From an uncultured Planctomycetaceae bacterium (lineage in GTDB: Bacteria > Planctomycetota > Planctomycetia > Isosphaerales > Isosphaeraceae), in assembly GCA_963833985.1 (NCBI GenBank), contig CAWIAD010000001.1:1440001-1504000 (forward strand): a DNA stretch of 64,000 nt, written 5' to 3'. Both the position numbers and the translations under genes were made by a program. The notes under the pieces were generated by a model that was given only the letters and a program-made list of their open reading frames with translations, was not told where the DNA came from and did not search any database. This document shows, one piece after another, positions 1 to 9,813 of this stretch. How positions within the stretch are numbered: the stretch's first letter is position 1; each line of letters begins with the position of its first letter.

Positions 1-207
1 ATGGCTGCGGCGCAGCCCGATGGCCGTATCGTCCGGCCCATGCACGACACAGGCCGGTATCGTCGGGCTACCCGGGGAAGTGGGATCGGCGAAAGCGATG
101 GCCGGTGACATCCCATGCACGACCGCCCGCCACAGGTCCTGGGGCGAGTGACCCGCGGACGCGACCACGCCCATGCCGGTCACGACGATGGTTCGTTCGC
201 TTACCAT
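1..207 (-). CDS. Beta-ketoacyl-ACP synthase (FabF/FabB-like), N-terminal part; runs off the window edge
   Basis: Not in the ORF track. Manual translation from ATG 207 gives MVSERTIVVTGMGVVASAGHSPQDLWRAVVHG, matching the ketosynthase N-terminal VVTGMG motif. GAGGAG RBS upstream. Confidence 0.75.
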   Translation of the reverse strand, partial: MVSERTIVVTGMGVVASAGHSPQDLWRAVVHGMSPAIAFADPTSPGSPTIPACVVHGPDDTAIGLRRSH

Positions 208-228
208 GGACCGGGAACTCCTCGCGGT

Positions 229-1170
229 TCAGGGAGCCACTTCGGGGAACACGCCCACGGCCGTCAGCACGGCGTCGTCGCTGGGGAGGAGATGGTCGAT
301 CAAGAGGGCGTGAGACTGGCCGGGATGTCGGCCGATGACCGGCAGGAACTCGCCGAGGAGGTGGTCACAGCCCGCGCGGTGGAGATGCGCACGGATCACA
401 AGCTCGTCCGGCACCGGCTCGCCGAGGTGGATTGTCAATGTCATGCGTGGACCTGCTGTGATCAGGCAGGGGATGACGATGGCGCCGGTCGCTGCCGCGA
501 GTCGGAATAGTCCCGTGGCCATGTCGAAGGCGAGCCCCTCTCGGTACAGGCGAAGATGCCGGTAGTGCCGGCCCTCCGCCGTCATCAGCAAGATTTTTCC
601 CGCCCGCAGATGGTCGTGCACGGAGCGGAGCTCGGTCCTATCGAAGACGCTGGGGCCGTCCGAGCGTCCGGTCACGGCGCTGAGCCGGTCGATATAACGC
701 CAGTGGAGGGGCCGCGTCGTGGAGCGAGTGTCCCGAAGCCCCGCCGCCGGCAGCCCCCGCGCTCGCAGCCAGTGGCCAAGCAGAACCGCCGGCCCGAAAT
801 GCAGGGTGGCCAGGATGATCGGCCGGCCGAGGGCATGGTTCCGTTCCACTCGCTCCAGATTGACACAGCGGCAACGGCCCTTCCAACGCCCCCTAGCAAG
901 ACGATCCGGCCAGAGATACATGAGCCGCGCCAGGGTCATGTGCGTCCGCTCTCTCCAGAGGTGGGCGACCCATCCGAAACGGTCCGTGCATGGCCGTACC
1001 AATACCGGCATCCGGTCAAAACGGCGGATGGTTGACGCGCCCAACATCGTCTGGCAGACGGCCCGGACCGCCGCCATCGGCCAGCACAAGATCCAGAGGG
1101 CGCTGACCGGCAACAATCGCTCGAGCGATCGCATACATCGCCAAGCAAAAAGGATGCAGCGTTCTCTCAT
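229..1170 (-). CDS. Lysophospholipid/lipid A-type (LpxL-like) acyltransferase family protein
   Basis: 313 aa. GRPIILATLHFG motif and C-terminal GLFRLAAATGAIVIP ... IGRHPGQ, typical of LPLAT/LpxL. Lies upstream of a ketosynthase. Confidence 0.65.
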   Translation of the reverse strand: MRERCILFAWRCMRSLERLLPVSALWILCWPMAAVRAVCQTMLGASTIRRFDRMPVLVRPCTDRFGWVAHLWRERTHMTLARLMYLWPDRLARGRWKGRCRCVNLERVERNHALGRPIILATLHFGPAVLLGHWLRARGLPAAGLRDTRSTTRPLHWRYIDRLSAVTGRSDGPSVFDRTELRSVHDHLRAGKILLMTAEGRHYRHLRLYREGLAFDMATGLFRLAAATGAIVIPCLITAGPRMTLTIHLGEPVPDELVIRAHLHRAGCDHLLGEFLPVIGRHPGQSHALLIDHLLPSDDAVLTAVGVFPEVAP

Positions 1171-1545
1171 CGGGACTCCCTACATCCTCGATATCCCCGT
1201 ATCTTGCGGCCGGGGACAACGAATTCGCTCAGGAGATCTTCGGCCACAAATTACCGCGATTATAGACCATTATCAATCCACCCATCGCCACGAGCAAGCA
1301 GTCTGTCCGGTTTACCTTCGATTGGCAAATTAATCTGTGTCCGCGTGCTGTGGGCGCGGCCTCGAAGAGGGATTTCGGGCCCTCCTGCCGTGCGTTTGTA
1401 TTACGTCAGCGTAAGTGCTCATTTCTCTCATACATTGTTTTCGGGCACATCCTCCCACAGTGGGAATCGCTGGTTCGAGACCGGCGCCGGCATGTATAAA
1501 TACATATGACTTCGATGTCTATCGCTCTGCCTTTCGTCGCCAAGA

Positions 1546-1581
1546 TTGATTCATCATAAGAGTTTGATCCATCATTAGAGT
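1546..1581. repeat. 18-bp tandem duplication (TTGATTCATCATAAGAGT / TTGATCCATCATTAGAGT)
   Basis: Read directly; 2 mismatches between the copies. Confidence 0.7.
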
Positions 1582-1761
1582 TTGCGACTGCGACGATACT
1601 CCTTCGGCACGGAGTGATGGTCCCACACTCGAGAGCACCGCCCCGATTTTCGAGCGATGAGCGAGACTGGTTCGCATCCGAGCTAAAAACGGACGAGATC
1701 GCCCGAGCGCCGCGTATCGTTCATCGTATCTTGCGCGACTCACCTTGTTCTGATACGGTCT

Positions 1762-2375
1762 TATACTCTACGCGGCCATGACTGAACCATCTTCGAATTG
1801 CCGGAAGTTGAGCGTCATCAGCGATTTCAGCTTCTCAGCGTGAGTTGGATGGCGACTTGAAACTGGGCCAAGGTTGGATGGTATCGGCCGTAGAGGGCAG
1901 GGATCGGCCGAATCCGCAGGAACTTCGGTCCCATGTCCTTGAGGGATTTGCGCACTTGACTGGGACCGCGTCGCAGCCCGGTCAATTGTAAAGATACGCT
2001 GGCAGGCCTCCGCAACGGTGCTGATGGGTTGTTTCTCGAAAAGACCTGCGGATCATGTCGCGATAAGCGGCCATCTCGCCCGCCGGCCGATTGGGGTTCC
2101 ACTGGCGCAGACCCTCCAAACCGCCCTCTCGAAACCCGGCGACGTACCGCTGAACGGTGGCCCGACTGGCACCGACGATCCTGGCAGCGTTCTGGCGCGT
2201 GACGCCGTTATGCAACAGCCAGAGCACGAGCATCTTTTCCCGGATTCGCGGGTTGGGATGGACGGATGGTTCCTCGTTGACGACTCGCAGTTGCTCTTCG
2301 GTCAACTGAATGCGAAGCCAAGCCATGGTGTGCCTCCTTGCGATCCAACACGATTTCGCTCAACTTCCTTGTCGC
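1762..2375 (-). mobile_element. Degenerate, internally deleted IS630-family element
   Basis: HTH N-terminus at 2326 (MAWLRIQL...ARIVGASRATVQRYV...GGLEGL). Frameshifted middle. C-terminus ...KLKSLMTLNFRQFEDGSVMAA* followed by AGTATA (TA end). No DDE domain. 12-bp inverted repeat GGAAGTTGAGCG at 1803-1814 and 2357-2368. Confidence 0.8.
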
Positions 2376-2709
2376 CAAGATCATCGAGCTCGCTTGTCCA
2401 CCAGCCGTCGGAAAGCTGCCGCGCAGCATGAGTCCATTCCGGCTGCTCATCGACGTGGAGGGCGACTTTTTCGTACCCGGTCTCCAGCTCGTCTCCGGCG
2501 CACGGTGTGTAGCCGAAGGCTGCGAAGAGGCCCGCCAGGGCGGAGAGGTCATCTCCCGGCATGCCTGGCCAGGAGGTACCCGGTTCCCACCACCGGCTCG
2601 CGTACCCAACGGCCCAGGCGACGCAGTTGTACGCGTGCGTCTTCGCACTGGCCGCGACATGGCCGCCATCGGCGAGGTTGGGGAAGGCTCCGCCCAGTTC
2701 GGCACTCAC
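2376..2709 (-). pseudogene. Conserved Cys/His protein (YNCVAWA...THAARQ...WTS; recalled as DUF7689-like), 3'-truncated by the IS630 relic
   Basis: Motifs are visible in ORF 2302..2709. The sequence switches into IS630 left-end DNA after WWTSELDDLGD. Confidence 0.65.
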
Positions 2710-3029
2710 ACCACAGACCCTCCTGGTCGTCCCCGATCGAGCCAGGCCCGGGCCATGTCGTCAACCCGACCAGCAGCCGTGGGCGGTACCGGGTTCTCTC
2801 CCGTGATCGCGTCGAGCCCGGTGATCCAGGTTGCGCTGGACTCTCGCTCGAGTTCGGCCAGGATCAGCGGAACGGCTGGTTCACCCAGGGCGACCAGCTC
2901 CTGATAGACCGGGTGGTTTCGCAGGGCGCGCGTGTTCGAGCGGTAACGTGTCACCGCGTTCCATTGGGTCGCCAGGCCCTGGAACCGCCGCGCGACGTCC
3001 TGTTGTTGCTCGGAGGTCAGCCTGATCAT
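2706..3029 (-). CDS. Conserved small helical protein (RFxxLAxQW...HPxYQELVALGEPAVPLIL...LDAITGENPV), partner of the downstream Cys/His protein
   Basis: ATG 3029 with a GGGAGG RBS. Its stop overlaps the next start (GTGA, 2706-2709). Confidence 0.75.
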   Translation of the reverse strand: MIRLTSEQQQDVARRFQGLATQWNAVTRYRSNTRALRNHPVYQELVALGEPAVPLILAELERESSATWITGLDAITGENPVPPTAAGRVDDMARAWLDRGRPGGSVV

Positions 3030-3327
3030 GGCGCCTCCCCAACCTCCTGTTTGCTGGATACCGGAACTCGCACCTGGCCGCATTCAGGACAACCGGTAAG
3101 GCCTTCCTCGGGCGAGCGGATGGAACGGCCGCAGCGACCCGCAAGCAGGAGAGCGATCGATGACGCGAAGTTCGCATTCGGGCGCCGGTGCGCGGGAAGA
3201 AGGGCGGGACGCTGAACGCCCTCTCGAGAACGAGTTCCCCGCATCGATGGGCCGTTCCCGCAGCACTCTTGGTCCATGCGGCCTGCCCGAGCATTCGACC
3301 GTGGGGCAGCATCTCTTGAGAACGGTT

Positions 3328-3963
3328 TCACGGCTGCTTTTCGGACAGCCTGCTTGCGAGATAGAGCCTGTTCATGGCGCGCATCTCGGCCTGCGCACCG
3401 GGGCTGGAGGGGCTGCCCGGCTCGAAGGTCAACAACTTCATCGTTTTCATGTTGTGCAGCAGCACAACGGCGATGTCTCGGGCTGTTTCCGCATTCAGGC
3501 GCGGGGCTCGAAGAGTCAGCACCCGCGCAATCCGCTCCAGTGCTGCCGCGCGGAATTCGGTTCGCTTCCGCGACCACTCGGAACGTGCTTCCAGCAGGGC
3601 GACCATGGCCCTGGTTTCGCCATGCAGCCCGACAAGAATCTGCACCAGCGAGTCCGCCAGGTCTTCGACTGACGACGACGACGCCTCAGCCTCGATCTTA
3701 CCGAAGGCCTCCTCGACAAGCTCGCCATAACGCTGGAACAAGGCATCCGCCAGCGCGTCCTTGCAGGGGAAGAAACGGTACAGTGAGCCGATCTGAGCAC
3801 CGGCCCGGGCGGCAATCTCCGCCATCGTCGCGGCCTCGAAACCCCTCTCCGCAATCACCGCCGCTCCCGCCTCCAGCAAGGACGCCACGCGCAGCACGCC
3901 GCGTTGCCGCTGAGGAGCACGGGCGGGTCGCTGCGAATTCGAGGTTGACTTGATTGAGGACAT
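3328..3963 (-). CDS. TetR/AcrR family transcriptional regulator
   Basis: HTH GFEAATMAEIAARAGAQIGSLYRFFPCK. Confidence 0.92.
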   Translation of the reverse strand: MSSIKSTSNSQRPARAPQRQRGVLRVASLLEAGAAVIAERGFEAATMAEIAARAGAQIGSLYRFFPCKDALADALFQRYGELVEEAFGKIEAEASSSSVEDLADSLVQILVGLHGETRAMVALLEARSEWSRKRTEFRAAALERIARVLTLRAPRLNAETARDIAVVLLHNMKTMKLLTFEPGSPSSPGAQAEMRAMNRLYLASRLSEKQP

Positions 3964-3997
3964 CCTCAACAATCCTCCTAGATGAGGGTTTCCTCAA
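3954..3997. promoter_or_regulatory. Two palindromic operators (T/A)TGAGG-N4-CCTCAA, probable TetR sites
   Basis: TTGAGGacatCCTCAA at 3954-3969 (covers the tetR start codon) and ATGAGGgtttCCTCAA at 3982-3997, in the divergent promoter region. Confidence 0.8.
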
Positions 3998-4078
3998 CTA
4001 TCTTAGCCCGCCCGCATTTCGCGGTCAAGCACCAGCCTGGCGGCGAGGCGGCGCCTCGTTTTTCAAAAGGGAGTGCTC

Positions 4079-4648
4079 ATGGTCCGACTGAACCCCAGAA
4101 CCACCGCCCTCGTACTGATCGACCTTCAGAACGGTGTCCTGGGGCTGCCGCTAGGCCCGCGTTCAGGTGCCGACGTCGTGCAGGCCGGTCGCGTGCTCGC
4201 CGAGCGGTTCCGGCAGGCAGGCGCACTTGTTGTACTGGTCCAGGTTGCATGTTCCGACGATGGAGGCGATCTGCTGCGGCAACCCGTCGACAAGCCCAGG
4301 CCGCAGCCGCCCGGCGGTTATCCGGACGGCTGGAGCAACCTGGTCGATGGCCTTGCGCGGCCCGGTGACCTGGTCGTGGCCAAGCGTCAATGGGGCGCCA
4401 TTTACGGGACGGACCTGGACCTCCAGCTCCGGCGGCGCGCGATCAGGACGGTCGTCCTGGGCGGTGTCGCGACCAACATGGGTGTTGAGTCCACGGCCCG
4501 GCAGGCCTGGGAGCACGCCTACGAGGTCGTGATCGCGGAAGACGCGACGACGAGTCGCACGGCCGAGATGCATGGCTTCGCCATCAATGTGATCCTGCCC
4601 ATGATCAGCCGGGTCACCACGGTCTCGAGAGCTCGAGATGCGGAATGA
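4079..4648 (+). CDS. Isochorismatase-family cysteine hydrolase (YecD-like)
   Basis: TALVLIDLQNG, KRQWGA..GTDLD..LR, GVATNMGVESTAR motifs. Confidence 0.9.
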   Translation: MVRLNPRTTALVLIDLQNGVLGLPLGPRSGADVVQAGRVLAERFRQAGALVVLVQVACSDDGGDLLRQPVDKPRPQPPGGYPDGWSNLVDGLARPGDLVVAKRQWGAIYGTDLDLQLRRRAIRTVVLGGVATNMGVESTARQAWEHAYEVVIAEDATTSRTAEMHGFAINVILPMISRVTTVSRARDAE

Positions 4649-4652
4649 CTGA

Positions 4653-5843
4653 ATGGAGTCCGTCGTCATGGTCGACCGTTTCGTGCCTGTCTCGCGGCTT
4701 TCCCGCCCGGCACAGTGGGCTCTGCTCCTGGCGGCCTCGATGGTGTTTGCGGCCCTGCTCAGAGCCGCGGGCCTGCCGGCGGCCCTGATGCTGGGCCCCA
4801 TGATCGCCGGTGTGATGATCCGGATCAGCGGAGGTGTCATCGAGATTCATCGCTCCGCAAGCGATGTGGCGCAGGTTGTGGTCGGCTGCATGATTGCCGG
4901 CAGCTTCACGTCGGCCATCCTGGCAAGGGTCATGACCGAATGGCCGTTATGCCTCGCGGTCGTGTCCTCCACCGTTGTGGTCAGCAGCTTGCTGGGTTGG
5001 GCCGTCGCCCGTGCGCGGGTGATTCCCGGTTCAACGGCTGTATGGGGGCTGTCTCCCGGTGCCGCAACGGCGATGATGCTGATGGCCGAGGAGTTCGGGG
5101 CTGATGGCCGGCTTGTCGCTTTCATGCAGTATCTGCGTGTCGTCTTCGTCGCCGTTGCGGCTGCCGTCATTGCCCGCTACTGGGGAAATCCGGCCGCATC
5201 CGCGGTGACCCAGACCGCGACGTTCGCGCCGCCCGCGCACTGGCACGCTCTCGCGACGACTCTGTCGGTTGCCGCCCTGGGCGCAGGCCTGGGACGTCTC
5301 GCGCACATCCCGGGCGGGCTGCTGCTCGGGCCGATGGTACTCGGGGGCGCCCTGCATGCGTCGAACCTTGCTTCCATGAGGCTACCAGCGAGCCTGCTCG
5401 TGGCAAGCTACGCGATTATCGGCTGGCGGATCGGGCTCCAGTTCACCCGGCCCGTCCTGACCCACGCCGTGCGCGTCCTGCCGCAATCCATGGTGGTCAT
5501 CCTGGCGCTCATGGCGTTCTGCGCCGGAGTTGCGGTCATCCTGGTCAGGCTGCTCGGAGTCGATTTCCTCACGGCGTATCTCGCCACGAGCCCCGGCGGC
5601 GTGGATTCGGCGGCCATCATCGCTGTTTCGAGTCCTGTGGATTTTCCGTTTATCATGGCGCTGCAAACGCTACGCGTTGTGATGGTGTTGCTCATTGGCC
5701 CTTCGATCGCGCACACGATCGCGGGACGGCTGGAGCGGGAGTCGGAGGCGGTCAGGCCGGGGCGCGTGCCATTGCATGGGCCGCAGGATCACCCTCAATC
5801 CTGCCGTGCCAATTCCAGCCGGACCTCGTCGCCCGCGTCTTAA
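4653..5843 (+). CDS. AbrB-family (putative ammonia monooxygenase-like) membrane protein
   Basis: Duplicated P-xx-xLGPM and SPGA/SPGG...Q(Y/T)LR motifs; about 10 TM helices. Confidence 0.88.
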   Translation: MESVVMVDRFVPVSRLSRPAQWALLLAASMVFAALLRAAGLPAALMLGPMIAGVMIRISGGVIEIHRSASDVAQVVVGCMIAGSFTSAILARVMTEWPLCLAVVSSTVVVSSLLGWAVARARVIPGSTAVWGLSPGAATAMMLMAEEFGADGRLVAFMQYLRVVFVAVAAAVIARYWGNPAASAVTQTATFAPPAHWHALATTLSVAALGAGLGRLAHIPGGLLLGPMVLGGALHASNLASMRLPASLLVASYAIIGWRIGLQFTRPVLTHAVRVLPQSMVVILALMAFCAGVAVILVRLLGVDFLTAYLATSPGGVDSAAIIAVSSPVDFPFIMALQTLRVVMVLLIGPSIAHTIAGRLERESEAVRPGRVPLHGPQDHPQSCRANSSRTSSPAS

Positions 5844-6057
5844 CTGCGGACCGGTTGAGCACCCTGGAAGGCCTGACGCGTCGGCCCGGCCCTGGCGAGG
5901 TCGAGAATGGCCATGGGCGCGGTCTGCGTCCCGGGAGACAGGTTCGTCCACAGCGTAGAATAGGCGGTCGGCCCGCGGCACGCCCCTTGCAGTCCGCGTA
6001 TCGGGCATGTTTTGCCGACGCAGCGTCGTCGTACCCATGGTCGGTTCAGGAGCGGAC

Positions 6058-7425
6058 ATGTCCCATCGCGACGCAGCCGAAAGCCGGGAGTCCGGCCGCA
6101 AGGAACGCCGGCAAGCCGGCTGGAACGCGGCTCATCCCATGCTCCGGGCCTTCGCACACCGCGATTTCCGGCTCTTCCTTGGCGGTCAACTGGTGTCGCT
6201 GATTGGCACCTGGATGCAATCGTTGGCCCAGTCCTGGCTCGTCTACCGGCTCAGCGGCTCGGCCCTCATGCTGGGCCTGGTCGGTTTTGCCGGTCAGATT
6301 CCGGTCTTCCTCCTGGCACCCCTTGGCGGCAGCCTTGCCGATACGCGCAGCAGGCACAGGATCATCCTGCTCACCCAGACCGCCTCGATGCTGCTGGCGT
6401 TCGTGCTGGCGGGGCTGACGCTCACCGAGCAGGTGCGGTACTGGCATGTGTTCGTTCTGGCGTCGCTGCTGGGAGTCGTGAACGCGGTGGACGTCCCGGC
6501 GCGGCAGGCATTCCTGGTGGAGCTTGTCGGCCGGGAAGACCTCATGAACGCCATCGCGCTCAACTCCTCGATGTTCAACGGGGCAAGGATCGCCGGCCCG
6601 GCGCTCGCGGGAGTCCTGGTCGCCGCCCTTGGCGAGGGCTGGTGCTTCTTGCTCAATGCCGTGAGCTACATCGCGGTGCTGGCCGGGTTGCTGATGATGA
6701 GCCCGAGGCCAGCCCCGCCCCTGGCCAGCGACGGAACGCCGCTGGACCGCATGTTCAAAGGTTTACAGTACTCGGCGCGGACGCCGCCGATCCGCGCGCT
6801 GCTGCTCCTGCTGGGACTGGTGAGCCTCGCCGGCATGCCCTACTCGGTGCTCATGCCCATCTTTGCCGACGAGGTCCTGCACACGGGTGCCTGGGGGCTG
6901 GGCGTGCTCACGGGTGCATCGGGTCTGGGAGCCCTTGCGGGTGCACTGCTGCTGGCGAGCCGGCGCAACGTGCGCGGGCTGGGATCGTGGATCGCGTGGG
7001 CAACAGCTGGGTCGGGAACTGCGCTTTGCTGCTTCGCGATCTCGCGGTCGTTCTGGTTGTCGGCCGTTCTTCTCGTGGCAATCGGTTTTGCGATGATCGT
7101 GCAGACGGCCGCTTCGAACACGCTCATCCAGGCGATGGTACCTGATGAGCTGCGCGGCCGGGTCATGGCAAGCTACTCCATGATGTTCATGGGCATGGCG
7201 CCCTTCGGTGCGCTGCTGGCTGGCGTCCTGGCCGGCCATCTCGGAGCGGCCATGGCGGTCGCGGTCGGGGGCGCCGTCTGCATCGCGGGTTCCCTGGCGT
7301 TCGCGGCGCGCTTGCCGGCGCTGCGCACCGCGGGCCAGGCCCTGCTCGTCACCCAGGAGATGGCCGCCGGCGTGCCCATGGGCGGTCCACCGCACGCAGC
7401 CGCGTCTGCGGCGTCCCGCAATTAG
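6058..7425 (+). CDS. MFS transporter (MFS_3/DHA3-like)
   Basis: HRDFRLFLGGQLVSLIGTWMQ, PARQAF, NAIALNS, LRGRVM; 12 TM helices. Start codon uncertain. Confidence 0.92.
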   Translation: MSHRDAAESRESGRKERRQAGWNAAHPMLRAFAHRDFRLFLGGQLVSLIGTWMQSLAQSWLVYRLSGSALMLGLVGFAGQIPVFLLAPLGGSLADTRSRHRIILLTQTASMLLAFVLAGLTLTEQVRYWHVFVLASLLGVVNAVDVPARQAFLVELVGREDLMNAIALNSSMFNGARIAGPALAGVLVAALGEGWCFLLNAVSYIAVLAGLLMMSPRPAPPLASDGTPLDRMFKGLQYSARTPPIRALLLLLGLVSLAGMPYSVLMPIFADEVLHTGAWGLGVLTGASGLGALAGALLLASRRNVRGLGSWIAWATAGSGTALCCFAISRSFWLSAVLLVAIGFAMIVQTAASNTLIQAMVPDELRGRVMASYSMMFMGMAPFGALLAGVLAGHLGAAMAVAVGGAVCIAGSLAFAARLPALRTAGQALLVTQEMAAGVPMGGPPHAAASAASRN

Positions 7426-7495
7426 CCCGGGCACTCGGTTTCAAGCCGCAGAGAAGGCACCGTCCGCGGGCTCGATGACAGTCCCGCGTACCCGC

Positions 7496-8470
7496 TCAAA
7501 CCGCCACGGGGTGTCCCAGGTTCTTGCCGATGTAGTGCTCCAGCTTGACGATGTCGGCAGCGAAGCGGCGAATGCCGTCGGCCAGCTTTTCCGTCGCCAT
7601 CGGGTCCTCGTTGAGCATCCAGCGGAAGGTCTTCTCGTCCATTTCCACCTCCGGGATGTCCTGCGCCTGGGCGGCCTGCACCGACAGCTTGCGCTCGAGC
7701 TTGCCCTCGGTTTTTTGCAGGTCCGCCAGCAGCTCCGGCGAGATGGTCAAAAGATCGCAGCCGGCCAGCTCGACGATCTGTCCGACGTTCCGGAAACTCG
7801 CGCCCATGACCTCGGTCTTGTAGCCGAACTTCTTGAAATAGCTGTAGATCTTCTGCACCGAGTGGACACCCGGGTCGTCGTGGGCGGGAATCTCCTTGAC
7901 GCCCTGCTCCTTGACGTACCAGTCGTAGATACGGCCCACGAACGGCGAGATGAGTGTCACCTTCGCGTGGGCGCATGCCACGGCCTGAGGAAAGCTGAAC
8001 AGGAGAGTCAGGTTGCAGTGGATTCCCTCCTGCTCCAGCCGCTCCGCGGCGCAGATGCCCTCCCAGGTGGAAGCGATCTTGATGAGGATCCGTTGCCGGT
8101 CGATCCCATCGTTTTCGTACAGCTCGATGAGCCGCCGAGCCTTGGCCATCGTCGCTTCGGTATCGAACGAAAGCCGTGCGTCGACCTCTGTGGAGACGCG
8201 GCCGGGAATGATCTTGAGGATCTCCCTGCCGAAACCGACCGCGAGCATATCGGAACAGGCGTGGATCTGGGTTTCGGGATCATCCCCCACGGACTGCGCA
8301 TGGGCGATCGCCTCGTCCAGTATCGATCGATACTGGGACATCTGCGCGGCCTTCAGCAGAAGCGACGGGTTGGTGGTCGAGTCACGCGGCTTGTACTGGG
8401 CGATCGATTCGATGTCGCCCGTGTCGGCCACGACTACCGTCATCGAGCGCAACTGGTCGAGCAAGTTCAT
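7496..8470 (-). CDS. tal: Transaldolase
   Basis: [38 protein letters not shown] (catalytic Lys), LISPFVGRI. Confidence 0.97.
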   Translation of the reverse strand: MNLLDQLRSMTVVVADTGDIESIAQYKPRDSTTNPSLLLKAAQMSQYRSILDEAIAHAQSVGDDPETQIHACSDMLAVGFGREILKIIPGRVSTEVDARLSFDTEATMAKARRLIELYENDGIDRQRILIKIASTWEGICAAERLEQEGIHCNLTLLFSFPQAVACAHAKVTLISPFVGRIYDWYVKEQGVKEIPAHDDPGVHSVQKIYSYFKKFGYKTEVMGASFRNVGQIVELAGCDLLTISPELLADLQKTEGKLERKLSVQAAQAQDIPEVEMDEKTFRWMLNEDPMATEKLADGIRRFAADIVKLEHYIGKNLGHPVAV

Positions 8471-8749
8471 CAAGAGCTCCTTCGTGTTGCAGATCGCCAC
8501 CAGAACCGTGATCTCGTACGCCGGCTGGCCCAGACCTCGAACCGAGCGGCGCGAGGCCTCTTTGAGATTTATTCTAGCAACCTCCGGACCAATGCCGCCA
8601 CCGGCGAGGGTGACGGCAGCCGCAACGCCTGCGGCGGAATTGGAACGGCAGCACGGCAAGGGCCGGCCTCGTGGTATCATGGTCGGGGTTTCGCTCACCC
8701 GGGCGACACGATGGACCGAAAACACCAGGCAGCCTGATCGGAGGCGGGA

Positions 8750-9604
8750 ATGGCGGAGCGACCGTTCGGCAGAGGCGCCTCGACTCTGGCTACGATTCGC
8801 GGCTTCGCGTTTGACCTCGACGGCACGATCTGGGCGGGACCGACCTTGCTTCCGGGTGCCGTCGAGCTGGTCTCTCACCTCCGCGAAGCGGGGCTTGGCG
8901 TGGTCTTTGCCTCGAACTCGTCACGGCACGGCGCCACGCTGCTGGCCCAGCGGTTGACGGCGCTGGGGATCGCGGCCGGTGATCGCGACGTGGTGACGGC
9001 CTTCGACCTGGTGGGCGACGAAATTCTCCGCCGCCTGGGGCGAGTGCGCGTCATGCCCCTGGGCACCAGCGACCTGACCGAACTGCTGGAAGCGGCCGGG
9101 CACCAGGTCGTGGCGTTCGAGGATTGGTCAAGCGCCCAGGCGGTTGTTGTGGGCAATGACCCGCACTTCGATTTCGGCCGGCTGCGCGCGGCATCACGCG
9201 CCGTGGCCTCGGGAGCTGCGTTCTTCGCCGTGAACATGGATGCGCGGTTCCCGGTGGCTGACGGGCAGTTTGATCCCGGCTGCGGTGCCCTGGCCGAGGC
9301 AGTGGCCGTGGCCTCCGGCGTGCAACCCATCTCGATTGGCAAGCCAAACCGTCCCCTGTTTAACGTGACTATCTCGCGACTGGGCCACTCGGCCGCGGAA
9401 TCCGCCATGGTCGGCGATAACCTGCCCTCGGACATTGCCGGGGGCCGAGCCGCGGGCATGCTGACTGTCTGGCTGGATGCGAGAAATCACCAGCCCTTGC
9501 CCGCGGAGGTCGACCTGAGGGTCGCCAACCTGAGCGAACTGCATGAGCTCTGGTTGAAACAGCGCGCCGGCACATCCGGCCGATCCGCTTCCTCTTCGAT
9601 TTGA
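8750..9604 (+). CDS. HAD-IIA family hydrolase (NagD-like)
   Basis: [24 protein letters not shown] motifs. Confidence 0.92.
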   Translation: MAERPFGRGASTLATIRGFAFDLDGTIWAGPTLLPGAVELVSHLREAGLGVVFASNSSRHGATLLAQRLTALGIAAGDRDVVTAFDLVGDEILRRLGRVRVMPLGTSDLTELLEAAGHQVVAFEDWSSAQAVVVGNDPHFDFGRLRAASRAVASGAAFFAVNMDARFPVADGQFDPGCGALAEAVAVASGVQPISIGKPNRPLFNVTISRLGHSAAESAMVGDNLPSDIAGGRAAGMLTVWLDARNHQPLPAEVDLRVANLSELHELWLKQRAGTSGRSASSSI

Positions 9605-9813
9605 AAGCGGCTCTCGCCGCGAAGGTTTCGAGGGCCGTCGGCCAGAGGTCATTCGCTCGAGGTCGAACTCGTCTCCAGCCCGCGTTACGCGTCACCCCGG
9701 GTTCTGGCGGACAGCACTCTTGCCGCCTATGATCTAGAGAGGCACATCCATTCCGCCGAGACGAGGCTCGCGGAGATCGGTAGGGCCGTTTCCGCGAAGG
9801 GAGTCGTCGCGCC

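Noticed and set aside
1519..1743. 74-aa ORF next to the IS630 end
   Set aside because: No motif, atypical codon usage, no clear RBS.
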